A stretch of DNA of 32,000 bases from an uncultured archaeon (GTDB lineage Archaea > Iainarchaeota > Iainarchaeia > Iainarchaeales > CSSED10-239): the NCBI GenBank assembly GCA_964496765.1, contig CAZCAP010000002.1:30001-62000 (forward strand), given 5' to 3'. This document shows positions 7,937-17,762 of this stretch, piece by piece. The position numbers were made by a program, and so were the translations under genes. Positions within the stretch are counted from its first letter, which is position 1. Each line of letters begins with the position of its first letter. The notes under the pieces were generated by a model. That model was not told where the DNA came from and made no database searches. It was given only the letters and a program-made list of their open reading frames with translations.

Positions 7937-10900
7937 ATGGAAATTAAAAACCTAATAGCAAACGAAGATGTGAAAAATTATTTCATAGAGCTTACAGAAA
8001 AGATTGATCTAGCTGTAAGCACAGCAAAAAATGCAAAAAAAACTGGAAGAGATATAACCAATGATATTGAATCTGTTCCTGCAGCAGGTATTGCTGAAAA
8101 AACCGAAATTCTTGTGGGACCAAAGGGCGTTGCAGAAATTTATAATAATCTTTGGGAAATACACAAGGATAGATTTAAGATTACAATAATGATATTTGAT
8201 ATGATTCTTGATAGAAAATTAGGAGATATAGAGGATCCTGAAAAAAGACTTGAGCAGGCAATTAGAACAGCACTTGTTATTCAAACAGATGGAGTTGTTG
8301 TTTCTCCAATCACTGGACTTCCACACATAAAAATATCTAAAAACCCAGACGGCACATCCTATCCTGATATTTATTATGCAGGACCAATTAGGGCTGCTGG
8401 GGGAAACGCACAAACACTTCCTCTTCTATTAGCTGACTATGCAAGAAGCAAACTACATCTTGATAAATTCAAACCTAGTGATCAGGAAATAGAAAGATAT
8501 GTTGAAGAAGAAATGATTTATCAAAATGATATTGTTGCAAGACAACAAAGAGTAACTGAAAAAGAAGTTAGAACAATAATAGAAAATTGTCCCATTTGCA
8601 TGAACTCAGGACCAGATTCTGATATTGAAGTAACTGTTCATAGAGATCTTGAAAGAGTACCCACAAATAGAATAAGAGGAGCCATGTGTTTGGTTCTAAT
8701 TGATGGGCTTTATGTAAGAGCAATGAAGATTCAAAAAACTGCTAAAAAGATGGGACTTAACTGGGATTGGCTAGAAAAATTAATCAAGGTTAATAAAACA
8801 GCTGAAGGAGGGTTTGTTTTAAAACCGAGCACAAAATATATTGAAGGACTAGCAGCAGGAAGACCGGTTTTTTCATATCCGTTTGCTCCTGGTGGATTTA
8901 GACTAAGATATGGAAAAGCAAGAAATGCAGGACTTATGGCAAAAGCCATTAATCCAGCAACCATGTATGTTCTTGATGAATTTATTGCTGTTGGAACACA
9001 CGGTAGGCTTGAAAGACCAGGAAAGTCATTGCAATACTTTCCCTGCTCAACAATTAATGGCCCAATTGTTAAATTAAAAAATAAGGATGTTATTAAAATT
9101 GATAATGTAATTACTGCAAAGAAAAATCTTGAAGAAATTGATAAAATATTATTCGTTGGGGATCTATTAATAGATATTGGAGATTTTAAAAAATCAGGAC
9201 ATCCATTAATCAAGAGTGGATATGTTGAAGAGGAATGGTTAGCTGAAATTAAATATCTTGCAAAAACAGAAAAAATAGAAAAAAAAGTTCTTGAGAAAGC
9301 ACAGGACTTTTATAATAAACCAAACCCCTATAGTGCAATTAATCTATCCATTGAACATAAACTACCATTATTTCCAAAATACATTTGCTACTATGATTTA
9401 TTATCTATAGAAGAATTAAAAATATTAATAGATAAATTCAGAGACGCAGAAAAAATCTTTGAAAAAAATAAAATAGTTGGAACAAAAATAAAATATAATA
9501 ATTTAATTAAAAGTATTTTAGAAAAAATGGGTTTACCCCATAGATTTCTAGAGGATGGATATCACATTATTGTTGGAGAAGACTATGCATATCCACTTCT
9601 CAAGACTCTAGGATCACTAAATCAAATTAATCCAACAGAGCAATTTAAAGAGAAACTTGAAGATAAGGAATTAACTATCACAGAAAAACTAACAGCAATT
9701 GCTGGGTTTGATATAAGAGATAAATCAGGAACCTGGATTGGAGCAAGAATGGGTAGACCAGAAGCTGCCCATCAAAGAGAAATGGCTGGAAAAGCAAATG
9801 CATTGTTCCCAATCGGACGTGGTTTTGGAAACAACAGGGATCTAATTAAAGCAGCAAGAACAAAAAGTAATGAAGCAGAAGCAAATTCTGCGTTTGGAAT
9901 TTCTGATGTTGAAATAAAAGCATATGTTTGTCAAGGATGTAAAAAAATTATGTTTGGAGCATATTGCTTTGAATGTGATTTGAAAACCCAAGAAATTAGA
10001 TTTTGCGAAAACTGTAATAAACAATTGTATGAAGTAACATGTCCAATTTGTAAAATCAAAACCAAACCAAAACTTAATCACACTATCAATATAGATTCAT
10101 TAATTGAACAGGCATCCAAGAACCTAAAGGTTGGGATTCCAGAGCATCTTAAAGGGGTCAAGGTTTTAATAAGTGAAGAAAAAAATGCAGAGCCACTTGA
10201 GAAAGGAATACTTAGAGCAAAATATACACTTCAAATATTTCGTGATGGAACCGTGAGATATGAAGCACTTAATGCAACCATTTCTCAATTCACCTGTAGA
10301 GAACTTAATCTTACAATTGATAAGATTAAAGAATTGGGATATAGAACCGATTATCTTGGAAAACCAATAACAACCATTGACCAAAGAATAAGCATATTCC
10401 CACAAGATGTTATTGTAGATGAAAATTGTGGAGAGCATTTTTTAAAGGTAAGCAAGTTTATTGATGATGAGCTTGAAAAGTTCTATGGCCAGGAAAAATT
10501 TTATAATAAAAACACTAAGGAAGAATTAATTGGAGAATTAATTATTGGACTTGCTCCACACACATCAGCAGGAATTGTTGGAAGAATTATTGGATATTCT
10601 AAATCTAGATTGTCCTGGGGGCATCCATATTACATTACTGCAAAAAGAAGAAATGTTGATGGAGATCAGGATTCGATGATGCTCCTAATGGATCCTATGC
10701 TTAATTTTTCATATAGTTATCTTGCAAACAATAGTGGTGGGAAAATGGATGCACCACTTACTTTTACAACAATTTTAAATCCCTATGAGATTGATGATGA
10801 ATGCTATGAGATAGAAACAGTAACTGAATATCCCTATGAATTTTATCAGAATACAAAAATATTTGGAGATCCCTATGATAAAAATGTGCAGTATGTTGCT

Positions 10901-11401
10901 AAAGTTCTAGGAACAGAGGATCAATATAGTTGTATTAAGTTTACACACGATACAACTTGCTTTGATGAAGGACCTAAACAGAGTGCCTATCTGCAAATTA
11001 AATCAATGGCAGATAAGGTACATAAGCAAGCAAAACTTCAAGAAAGAATTGTAGCTGTTGATAATAAAGATGCATTAGAACGTTTACTTCATTATCATTT
11101 ATTTCCAGACATAATTGGAAACACAAGAGCTTTTGCAAGACAAAAATTAAGATGTGTAAAGTGCAACAAGAAATACAGAAGAATGCCTCTTTCTGGGCAA
11201 TGCACCTGTGGTGGAAAGCTCATACTTACGATTGCAGAAGGTTCCATTAGAAAATATGTGAACATAGCAAGAGATATAATAATTAAGTATCAATTGAAAC
11301 CATATCTTCTTCAGAAGATAAATATTGCAGAAGAAGAAATAAATTCTTTATTTTCAAATAAGGAAGAAAAAAATCAAAAGAGTTTGTCAGATTTCTTTTA
11401 A
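7937..11401 (+). CDS. polC: DNA polymerase D large catalytic subunit DP2 (no intein)
   Basis: 1154 aa; 'YYAGPIRAAGGNAQTLPLLLADYAR', 'GARMGRPEAAHQREM', catalytic 'RRNVDGDQDSMMLLMD', CxxC zinc clusters. Confidence 0.96.
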   Translation: MEIKNLIANEDVKNYFIELTEKIDLAVSTAKNAKKTGRDITNDIESVPAAGIAEKTEILVGPKGVAEIYNNLWEIHKDRFKITIMIFDMILDRKLGDIEDPEKRLEQAIRTALVIQTDGVVVSPITGLPHIKISKNPDGTSYPDIYYAGPIRAAGGNAQTLPLLLADYARSKLHLDKFKPSDQEIERYVEEEMIYQNDIVARQQRVTEKEVRTIIENCPICMNSGPDSDIEVTVHRDLERVPTNRIRGAMCLVLIDGLYVRAMKIQKTAKKMGLNWDWLEKLIKVNKTAEGGFVLKPSTKYIEGLAAGRPVFSYPFAPGGFRLRYGKARNAGLMAKAINPATMYVLDEFIAVGTHGRLERPGKSLQYFPCSTINGPIVKLKNKDVIKIDNVITAKKNLEEIDKILFVGDLLIDIGDFKKSGHPLIKSGYVEEEWLAEIKYLAKTEKIEKKVLEKAQDFYNKPNPYSAINLSIEHKLPLFPKYICYYDLLSIEELKILIDKFRDAEKIFEKNKIVGTKIKYNNLIKSILEKMGLPHRFLEDGYHIIVGEDYAYPLLKTLGSLNQINPTEQFKEKLEDKELTITEKLTAIAGFDIRDKSGTWIGARMGRPEAAHQREMAGKANALFPIGRGFGNNRDLIKAARTKSNEAEANSAFGISDVEIKAYVCQGCKKIMFGAYCFECDLKTQEIRFCENCNKQLYEVTCPICKIKTKPKLNHTINIDSLIEQASKNLKVGIPEHLKGVKVLISEEKNAEPLEKGILRAKYTLQIFRDGTVRYEALNATISQFTCRELNLTIDKIKELGYRTDYLGKPITTIDQRISIFPQDVIVDENCGEHFLKVSKFIDDELEKFYGQEKFYNKNTKEELIGELIIGLAPHTSAGIVGRIIGYSKSRLSWGHPYYITAKRRNVDGDQDSMMLLMDPMLNFSYSYLANNSGGKMDAPLTFTTILNPYEIDDECYEIETVTEYPYEFYQNTKIFGDPYDKNVQYVAKVLGTEDQYSCIKFTHDTTCFDEGPKQSAYLQIKSMADKVHKQAKLQERIVAVDNKDALERLLHYHLFPDIIGNTRAFARQKLRCVKCNKKYRRMPLSGQCTCGGKLILTIAEGSIRKYVNIARDIIIKYQLKPYLLQKINIAEEEINSLFSNKEEKNQKSLSDFF

Positions 11402-11467
11402 AAACAACTATAACTATTTTTGTAGATATTTAAAAAAATAAGAAAAAGAGATTTAAAGAATAATCAC

Positions 11468-11776
11468 TTATTCTTTAAGCTCAATTGACATTTGAACATC
11501 AGCTGGAACATCAACCTTAACAACTCTTCTTAGGATCTTGTCATCAGCCTTGACATCAATTATTCTCTTGTGTATTCTAAGTTGCCATTTCTGGTAGGTT
11601 TCAGTTCCCCCACCAGAAGTACCACGTCTTGTAGGAACCACTAATTTTTTGGTTTTTAAAGGGATGATTCCTGAGTGCTTAACTCCAGACTTTTGTGCAA
11701 CATCTATTATTTCTTTACAAAAATCTGTTAGCTTTTTGTAATCCGTACTTGTTATTATTATTCTTGCTGTTTGCAT
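11468..11776 (-). CDS. rps10: 30S ribosomal protein S10 (uS10)
   Basis: 102 aa; 'ARIIITSTDYKKL...GIIPLPTK-like GIIPLKTKKLVVPTRR...KRIIDVKADDKILRRV' pattern; downstream of tuf on the same strand, as is common in archaea. Confidence 0.93.
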   Translation of the reverse strand: MQTARIIITSTDYKKLTDFCKEIIDVAQKSGVKHSGIIPLKTKKLVVPTRRGTSGGGTETYQKWQLRIHKRIIDVKADDKILRRVVKVDVPADVQMSIELKE

Positions 11777-11803
11777 AACTTTGTGTCATCCCCGAATTTG
11801 TTT

Positions 11804-13078
11804 TTATTTAACTCTCTTTTTTACTTCGATGATTACACCGGCAGCAACTGTCTTACCCATATCTCTTATTGCAAGACGACCAAGTTGTGGGAATTCCTTG
11901 TAGGTTTCAACACAAAGTGGTTGATTTGGCTTAATCTTAACTATTGCAGCATCCCCTGTTTTTAGGAATTTTGGATTTTCTTCCTTAACTGCACCTGTCT
12001 TTGGATCAAGTGATCTCACAAGCTCTGTTATTGTACATGATATTTGAGCTGTGTGCATGTGGAATACTGGAGAATAACCAACAGTAATTGCAGATGGATG
12101 ATATAGTACAACCATTTGAGCTGTAAACTCTTCTGCAACTGTAGGAGGACTATTTACGTGACCGATTACTGATCCTCTCTTAATATCCTTTGGGCCAATT
12201 TTTCTAAGATTGAACCCAATGTTGTCTCCAGGAACTGCTTCTGTTAATTGTTCGTGGTGCATTTCAATAGATTTAACTTCAGTTTCAACACCTTCTGGCA
12301 TGATAATTATCTTATCATTTGGTCTCATGATTCCACTAGATATTTTTCCAACAGGAACTGTTCCAACACCTTTAATATTGTAAACATCCTGTACAGGAAG
12401 TCTTAATGGCTTATCTGTTGGTGGAACTGGTGCAACGAACATGTCAAGTGCATCAAGTAAACAAGGTCCATTAAACCAAGCTAACTTATCTGATTTCTTG
12501 ATTATGTTGTCTCCTGGATATGATGCAATTGGAATAATTTTCATATTATCTTCCTTGTATCCAGAACCCTTTAATAGTTTTGTAACATCATCTTTGATTT
12601 CATTGAATCTTTCTTGTTTATATTCAACTTCATCCATCTTATTAACTGCAACAATGATTTGCTTAATACCCATAACTTGAGCAAGGAATGCGTGTTCCTT
12701 TGTTTGAGCCTGGATACCATCCTTTGCAGCAACTACAAGAACAGCAGCATCAGCTTGAGAGGTTCCTGTTACCATGTTCTTAATGTAATCCTGGTGACCA
12801 GGAGCATCAATAACTGTAAAAAAATTCTTTTTGGTTTCGAATTTTTTATAGTTTACGTCAATTGTGATACCTCTTTCTCTCTCTTCTTTTAATGTGTCCA
12901 TCATGTAAGCGAAAGCGAAAGTACCTTTACCTCTTTCTTTAGCAATTGCTTCTAATTTTCTGTAATCCTGTTCAGGTAATGCGCCTGTGTCATACATTAA
13001 ACGACCAACTGTCGTTGATTTACCGTGATCAATGTGTCCTATAAAAATAACATTGATATGTGGCTTTTCATTTGCCAT
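11804..13078 (-). CDS. tuf: Translation elongation factor 1-alpha (aEF1A)
   Basis: 424 aa; '[14 protein letters not shown]', '[15 protein letters not shown]', 'NKMD', '[15 protein letters not shown]', C-terminal '[17 protein letters not shown]'. Confidence 0.97.
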   Translation of the reverse strand: MANEKPHINVIFIGHIDHGKSTTVGRLMYDTGALPEQDYRKLEAIAKERGKGTFAFAYMMDTLKEERERGITIDVNYKKFETKKNFFTVIDAPGHQDYIKNMVTGTSQADAAVLVVAAKDGIQAQTKEHAFLAQVMGIKQIIVAVNKMDEVEYKQERFNEIKDDVTKLLKGSGYKEDNMKIIPIASYPGDNIIKKSDKLAWFNGPCLLDALDMFVAPVPPTDKPLRLPVQDVYNIKGVGTVPVGKISSGIMRPNDKIIIMPEGVETEVKSIEMHHEQLTEAVPGDNIGFNLRKIGPKDIKRGSVIGHVNSPPTVAEEFTAQMVVLYHPSAITVGYSPVFHMHTAQISCTITELVRSLDPKTGAVKEENPKFLKTGDAAIVKIKPNQPLCVETYKEFPQLGRLAIRDMGKTVAAGVIIEVKKRVK

Positions 13079-13282
13079 ATTAATTCCTCCGTTATTTATT
13101 AAATTTCCGTTTTTTTAATTAAAAATACTTGCAAATAAAATTAGATTTATACCGCAAGATATAATATATATTAAGAAACCAAAGTATTTTTAAATAGAAA
13201 TGAAAGGAATATGCCTATAAAAATAATTAATAAAACAAAATATATATAAACTCTTCAAACATATATATAATAAGTAGGTGAA

Positions 13283-14356
13283 ATGATAACTATGGCAATT
13301 AATTTCATACAAATTATAGTTATAATTGTTGTAATAATTATATTTGGAGTAATGATTACGCTATTAAATATGAAAAAAAAAGATAAGACATCTGCAGGTA
13401 TTGAACAAAATACTTGGCAAAAAATTGAGATCCTAAATACTAGAAAGAAAGAACTACTTGATAAGAAAAAAGAATTATCTTACAAATATACAGCAAAAAC
13501 CATCACTGATTCTGAATATTCTACAAACATTAAATATCTAAATGATGAAATAGAAAAAGCTAATGAAGATATTAATGAAGAAGTAAACAACCTAACTCAC
13601 ATTCAAGGTAAAATAGATGCAGAATCGGATGTTAGATTTGCAAATATTAAAATTAAGAGTGAACTGTCAGAGGTTGGGTTAGAAAATAAGAATCTTAAAG
13701 AAAAAATATCTGAATTAGAAGAATTTATTAAAAACGTATCAAAAAACACTAATACAGAATCAAATAATGAAGATACTGCTGTGAAAAAGTATTATGAAAT
13801 CATATTAAATAAATACAAAGATGAAATTAATGAAACAGAAAAGAAAACCATTTCTGAAATAAAGGAAATGATAAAACCAACAGACCTAACAATTAAAAGC
13901 CTGGTTTCCAAATATCAACCAATTAGCTATGATTTTAATAAAGATTATTTAAACACACTAAGACAAATTTATAATTATCTTAAATCAGACATAGATGTAA
14001 TTAAGAATGATTTGAAAATATTATTTTGGATTGACTTTTCTAACGTGATTAAGAACAAAATTGCAGATGAACAGGACATATCTGTTCTTTTTTGTTCATG
14101 CATGAAAGCCTTGGCTGATGAGGTTTCACGAATTGAGATAGTAATGCTTGATGATGAGAAAATACACGCGTTTGTAAAAACAAAATATAAAAACGCATTC
14201 TACATTTTTGATCTTGCTCAAAAAGTTCCATTTGATATGTTTAAGAATATTGATGAAAAACAACTATACCAAGAATATAGTTTTAATAATAACAAGATTG
14301 CAAAAAGAATATACGCCTATAATCAATATGAATATATTGATTTTAGAACCGAATGA
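13283..14356 (+). CDS. Membrane-anchored coiled-coil protein with putative transglutaminase-like C-terminal domain
   Basis: 357 aa; N-terminal TM, long coiled coil, then 'LFCSCMKALADEVSRIEIVMLDDEKIHAFVKTKYKNAFYIFDLAQKVPF' with Cys-His-Asp spacing similar to transglutaminase-like proteins. Confidence 0.55.
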   Translation: MITMAINFIQIIVIIVVIIIFGVMITLLNMKKKDKTSAGIEQNTWQKIEILNTRKKELLDKKKELSYKYTAKTITDSEYSTNIKYLNDEIEKANEDINEEVNNLTHIQGKIDAESDVRFANIKIKSELSEVGLENKNLKEKISELEEFIKNVSKNTNTESNNEDTAVKKYYEIILNKYKDEINETEKKTISEIKEMIKPTDLTIKSLVSKYQPISYDFNKDYLNTLRQIYNYLKSDIDVIKNDLKILFWIDFSNVIKNKIADEQDISVLFCSCMKALADEVSRIEIVMLDDEKIHAFVKTKYKNAFYIFDLAQKVPFDMFKNIDEKQLYQEYSFNNNKIAKRIYAYNQYEYIDFRTE

Positions 14357-14392
14357 AATAATAACTACTATTTGTGGGTGTTGGAATTAGTT

Positions 14393-15472
14393 ATGGAAAA
14401 GATAGATGTTACAAGTACTGTTTTTAATTATGTTGTTAAAGATCTATCTAATGAATTAATTGGGGGCTACATAAATAACATCCAAGCCATTGATGAGAAC
14501 ACATTTAAGATAAAAATACACAAACAAAAAACTAAACAACTTATAGTTAACAATAATATTTGTTTTTTATCAGATTATGTATTACCAACTAATGAAACCA
14601 ATGGATTAACCAAATTTTTAAAAAAAACATTGCTTAATCAAAGGGTACATGATATTAAACAAGATAAAAACAATAGGGTTGTTTATTTCAAATTAGATAA
14701 ACACTATCTAATATTCGAATTCTTTTCAAACTCAAATATAATTTTAACAGATTTAGATTTGAAGATAATCACATCCAAACAAAAGGAAGAATGGAAAGAT
14801 AGAATTATTAAAAAGGGAGAAATTTACAAATTCCCTGCGAACATCGATATTAGAGAACATACAGAAAACGAAATTATAAAACAACTGGAAGAAGATAATA
14901 AAATAAAGATTGGCGACATAAACAAAAGAGGATTAATCAGCTATTTGGTTAAAAAATATAAATTACCACCAAGCGACATAGAAATTGTAATTGGAGAAAA
15001 AGAAAAAATAACAAAAGAAACAATTAAAAGAATAAAAGGAATATATGAGTTTAAAAATCCAAGACTAGTTGTCCTTGATGGAAATAAGAACAAAATATTA
15101 TCAGTAGTTGATGAAGAAGGAAAGCTCTATGATGATGTCGAGAAATATTATCTCGAAGTATATAAAAATAATGTGGTAGAAATACAAACAACTAAACAAA
15201 ATAAAAATAATATAATTTTAACTGAACAAATAGACACTAAAAGAAGATTTGAAGAGCAAATAAATAAATTAAATAAGGAAGGAGAAATAATTTATTCCTA
15301 TTTTACGCATATTGAGCAAATAAATACCCAAATAAAGCTTGCAACTAATAAAAAAATAAATGAAACTGAAATAATAAGCAAAATAAATGATTATCTAAAT
15401 AATAATAAGATTAGTATGAAAATAATTAGTATAAATCAGAAAAGTAAAACCTATGTTGCTGAGTTTGAATAA
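14393..15472 (+). CDS. RqcH/NEMF-family (NFACT-N) protein, truncated form lacking NFACT-R
   Basis: From ATG 14393 (track starts at TTG 14372): 'LSNELIGGYINNIQAIDENTFKIKI', 'FTKFLKKTLLNQRVHDIKQDKNNRVVYFKLDKHYLIFEFFSNSNIILTD', then coiled coil; no NFACT-R sequence before the stop. Confidence 0.75.
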   Translation: MEKIDVTSTVFNYVVKDLSNELIGGYINNIQAIDENTFKIKIHKQKTKQLIVNNNICFLSDYVLPTNETNGLTKFLKKTLLNQRVHDIKQDKNNRVVYFKLDKHYLIFEFFSNSNIILTDLDLKIITSKQKEEWKDRIIKKGEIYKFPANIDIREHTENEIIKQLEEDNKIKIGDINKRGLISYLVKKYKLPPSDIEIVIGEKEKITKETIKRIKGIYEFKNPRLVVLDGNKNKILSVVDEEGKLYDDVEKYYLEVYKNNVVEIQTTKQNKNNIILTEQIDTKRRFEEQINKLNKEGEIIYSYFTHIEQINTQIKLATNKKINETEIISKINDYLNNNKISMKIISINQKSKTYVAEFE

Positions 15473-15536
15473 TTAGATTAAAAGCTAATTTAAAAAAAAT
15501 AATCTAAGAAGTAGAATATAAAAAAAAATAAAGAAC

Positions 15537-15800
15537 TTATTGTTCTTTATTTACTTGGCCTTCATCAACAATGAAAACATCACTTACTGCAAGGATTGAT
15601 TTAAATGGGACTTCAATCATATTACCTTGTAAATTAAGTTTCTGAATAAATGTTGATGTTGGATCAACTTCTACTAAAATAGTTTCAATTTCTCCAGTAA
15701 CTTCGTTTACCATTAGATCAATTAAACGACCAATATTGTCTCCTTTGTTGGTTATTAATTTCTTTGTTGCAAGTTGTCTTGCTATTGCGTATTTGTACAT
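15537..15800 (-). CDS. PRC-barrel domain protein
   Basis: 87 aa; 'KKLITNKGDNIGRLIDLMVNEVTGEIETILVEV...IEVPFKSILAVSDVFIVDE' typical of archaeal PRC-barrel proteins. Confidence 0.82.
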   Translation of the reverse strand: MYKYAIARQLATKKLITNKGDNIGRLIDLMVNEVTGEIETILVEVDPTSTFIQKLNLQGNMIEVPFKSILAVSDVFIVDEGQVNKEQ

Positions 15801-15871
15801 ACCAGATCCTCTCTTTAATTTTTATTATTTTTTTTATATTTTATATAATTTTAATCTAATTATATGTTATT

Positions 15872-15887
15872 AAATATATTTATAAAG
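15872..15887 (+). promoter_or_regulatory. TATA-like element in the 15801-16081 intergenic region
   Basis: 'AAATATATTTATAAAG' immediately before a locally less AT-rich stretch and ~195 bp from the next ATG; weak evidence because the background is AT-rich. Confidence 0.25.
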
Positions 15888-15916
15888 CAATCTGTTTCGA
15901 AAACCATAGTATAGCC

Positions 15917-15948
15917 GTTTATTTGTTGTTATTCCTAACTAAATAAAC
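15917..15948. repeat. Small inverted repeat (possible hairpin)
   Basis: GTTTATTT (15917-15924) and its perfect reverse complement AAATAAAC (15941-15948). Confidence 0.4.
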
Positions 15949-16081
15949 AAACAAAAAAGCACTAAAAACCTCTTGTTTCCACCCAGCAGATACATTTAAT
16001 AAGATAATGTAGATAATAGAATATAAAACAATAATTATTTAAAGATATTTATTAGGATAGAATAGGTGAATAGGTGAAAAA

Positions 16082-16291
16082 ATGGAATTTGAAAAAGAAC
16101 ATATAATAATATTGATAATTTGCTTGATTGTGGGTGTTATTATTGGGATAACAATAAACACAGATGGAATAACGAAGGGATCATGCACTAAAGAACAACT
16201 TGAGATTAATGTATTAACAAAAGAAATTAATAATTGTTTGCAGGAACTTGATCTAAAGATAGATACAAATACTAGTAAACTTGAAGAATAG
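16082..16291 (+). CDS. Small single-TM protein of unknown function
   Basis: 69 aa; tandem Shine-Dalgarno-like GGTGAA motifs upstream, TM 'IIILIICLIVGVIIGITI', then a soluble tail. Confidence 0.6.
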   Translation: MEFEKEHIIILIICLIVGVIIGITINTDGITKGSCTKEQLEINVLTKEINNCLQELDLKIDTNTSKLEE

Positions 16292-16294
16292 TAA

Positions 16295-17629
16295 TTAAAT
16301 AATTATTCTTCCATCTCCCAAAACGAAATTCTTTTTAGAAATTGCTTTAGTTGCTTGGCTTGTTTTATCTCTATATCTGATTAGGTCTTTTTTTTCATCA
16401 ACAGATACAACCTCTCCAACCCACAAACCATATCTTGATTGAACAGGAAGCCCAATAAGTACTGAAGTGACCTCTTTTCTTATGGAAAACAATGTAGTGA
16501 ATTGATAAAGTAAAATTAATATAATTATACCAACAATTATTGAAAACACAAGTAACTTTGTAGTAATTTCAACTAATAACCATTGAAGAAATAAATCAAC
16601 AACTGTAAAAAACACAATTATAAAAAAGATTGTAAACAAATTTGTTCCAAACTTATACATTTTCTTTAGATAAAACAAATCAATTACTGCTCCAATCATC
16701 CATGATAGGACAGCGAGAAAGAAATATAATAGCACAGCTCTCAACACATAAACAAATCTATGAAGTAAATCAAAAGTTATATTTATTGTATAAAAATTAA
16801 CACCCTTAATAATTCCAAATATCAAAAAGAAAAAGAAACCTAAATAAAATGGAAGACTAGCTCTTGTTAATGAAAACCTACTAAAGAATCCATGATAGGC
16901 TTTTGATATTTTTGGTTCTAAATTAAAACCCTTTATTAAAAAGTAAATCCCAAACAATAATGCAATTATTTGAAATGCGAACTGCTTTGCGAAAACAAAT
17001 AACAATAATATTATTGCAGGAATACCATAAACTATTCTTGCAAAGAAAGGATCTTGGAGTGCTTTTTTAATAAAATAAAAGGTGTTTTCAATACTTTTTT
17101 CCTGTCTAACAATTATTGTTTCTTTAGAGATGATTGGTAAAAAATTTTGAACTAGTGGCATTACCTGATCATCCTCTGCACCATCGCTAACAAAAACAAC
17201 AGAGGTTGCTTGATAAATTTCAAGAACTTGTTTTAATTGCATAGTTATATTTTTATCAGCATAGAAGAAGTTATCTTTAGAATGCCCTGTTAATGTTGCA
17301 ATCTCAACAACATTATTGTCTTTCAATGCATAGTATTGTCTTATTGCTCCAAAGATACAGTTTGCATCAGATTCCTCTGGATCAGCAATTGCAAGGGCAG
17401 ATGCTAATTTTTTATTATTATTAATTCCTATAATTGGTCCAGAAATTCCAGTTTTTTGACCAACATCATTATCCCTATCAATTGAAAGAATAAGTATTTT
17501 TTCAGTGCTGTCAACCTGTAATTTTGATTCATCCACGGATTTTTGAAGCGAAACATCAACAACTGGAGTGATATCTGTCTTTGCTTCATCCTTAACTTTT
17601 ATTTTTCGTTTTTTAGGAGTCGGACCCAT
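16295..17629 (-). CDS. DUF373-family membrane protein
   Basis: 444 aa; 'KILILSIDRDNDVGQKTGISGPIIGINNNKKLASALAIADPEESDANCIFGAIRQYY' typical of archaeal DUF373, followed by several TM segments. Confidence 0.88.
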   Translation of the reverse strand: MGPTPKKRKIKVKDEAKTDITPVVDVSLQKSVDESKLQVDSTEKILILSIDRDNDVGQKTGISGPIIGINNNKKLASALAIADPEESDANCIFGAIRQYYALKDNNVVEIATLTGHSKDNFFYADKNITMQLKQVLEIYQATSVVFVSDGAEDDQVMPLVQNFLPIISKETIIVRQEKSIENTFYFIKKALQDPFFARIVYGIPAIILLLFVFAKQFAFQIIALLFGIYFLIKGFNLEPKISKAYHGFFSRFSLTRASLPFYLGFFFFLIFGIIKGVNFYTINITFDLLHRFVYVLRAVLLYFFLAVLSWMIGAVIDLFYLKKMYKFGTNLFTIFFIIVFFTVVDLFLQWLLVEITTKLLVFSIIVGIIILILLYQFTTLFSIRKEVTSVLIGLPVQSRYGLWVGEVVSVDEKKDLIRYRDKTSQATKAISKKNFVLGDGRIII

Positions 17630-17762
17630 AAATATCTTAATTTACTAAAATATATGTAACCATATACTTTTTATATTTATTTAATATATAGAAAGATATA
17701 AAAACACAACAACTAAAATTATATTTAGTAATTAACCTTAAGAGATTAGTAAGTGATAATTT

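Noticed and set aside
8219-10438. Four minus-strand ORFs inside the PolD DP2 gene
   Set aside because: Antisense of a 1154-aa highly conserved polymerase subunit; no independent support.
7937-11401. Possible intein in DP2
   Set aside because: The catalytic and conserved regions read continuously, the length is as expected, and no intein splice or homing endonuclease motifs were seen.
12441-12892. Plus-strand ORFs opposite EF-1alpha
   Set aside because: Antisense shadows of a universally conserved gene.
15890-15910. tRNA T-arm-like 'TGTTTCGAAAACCA'
   Set aside because: No matching acceptor, D-arm or anticodon arm could be traced on either strand.
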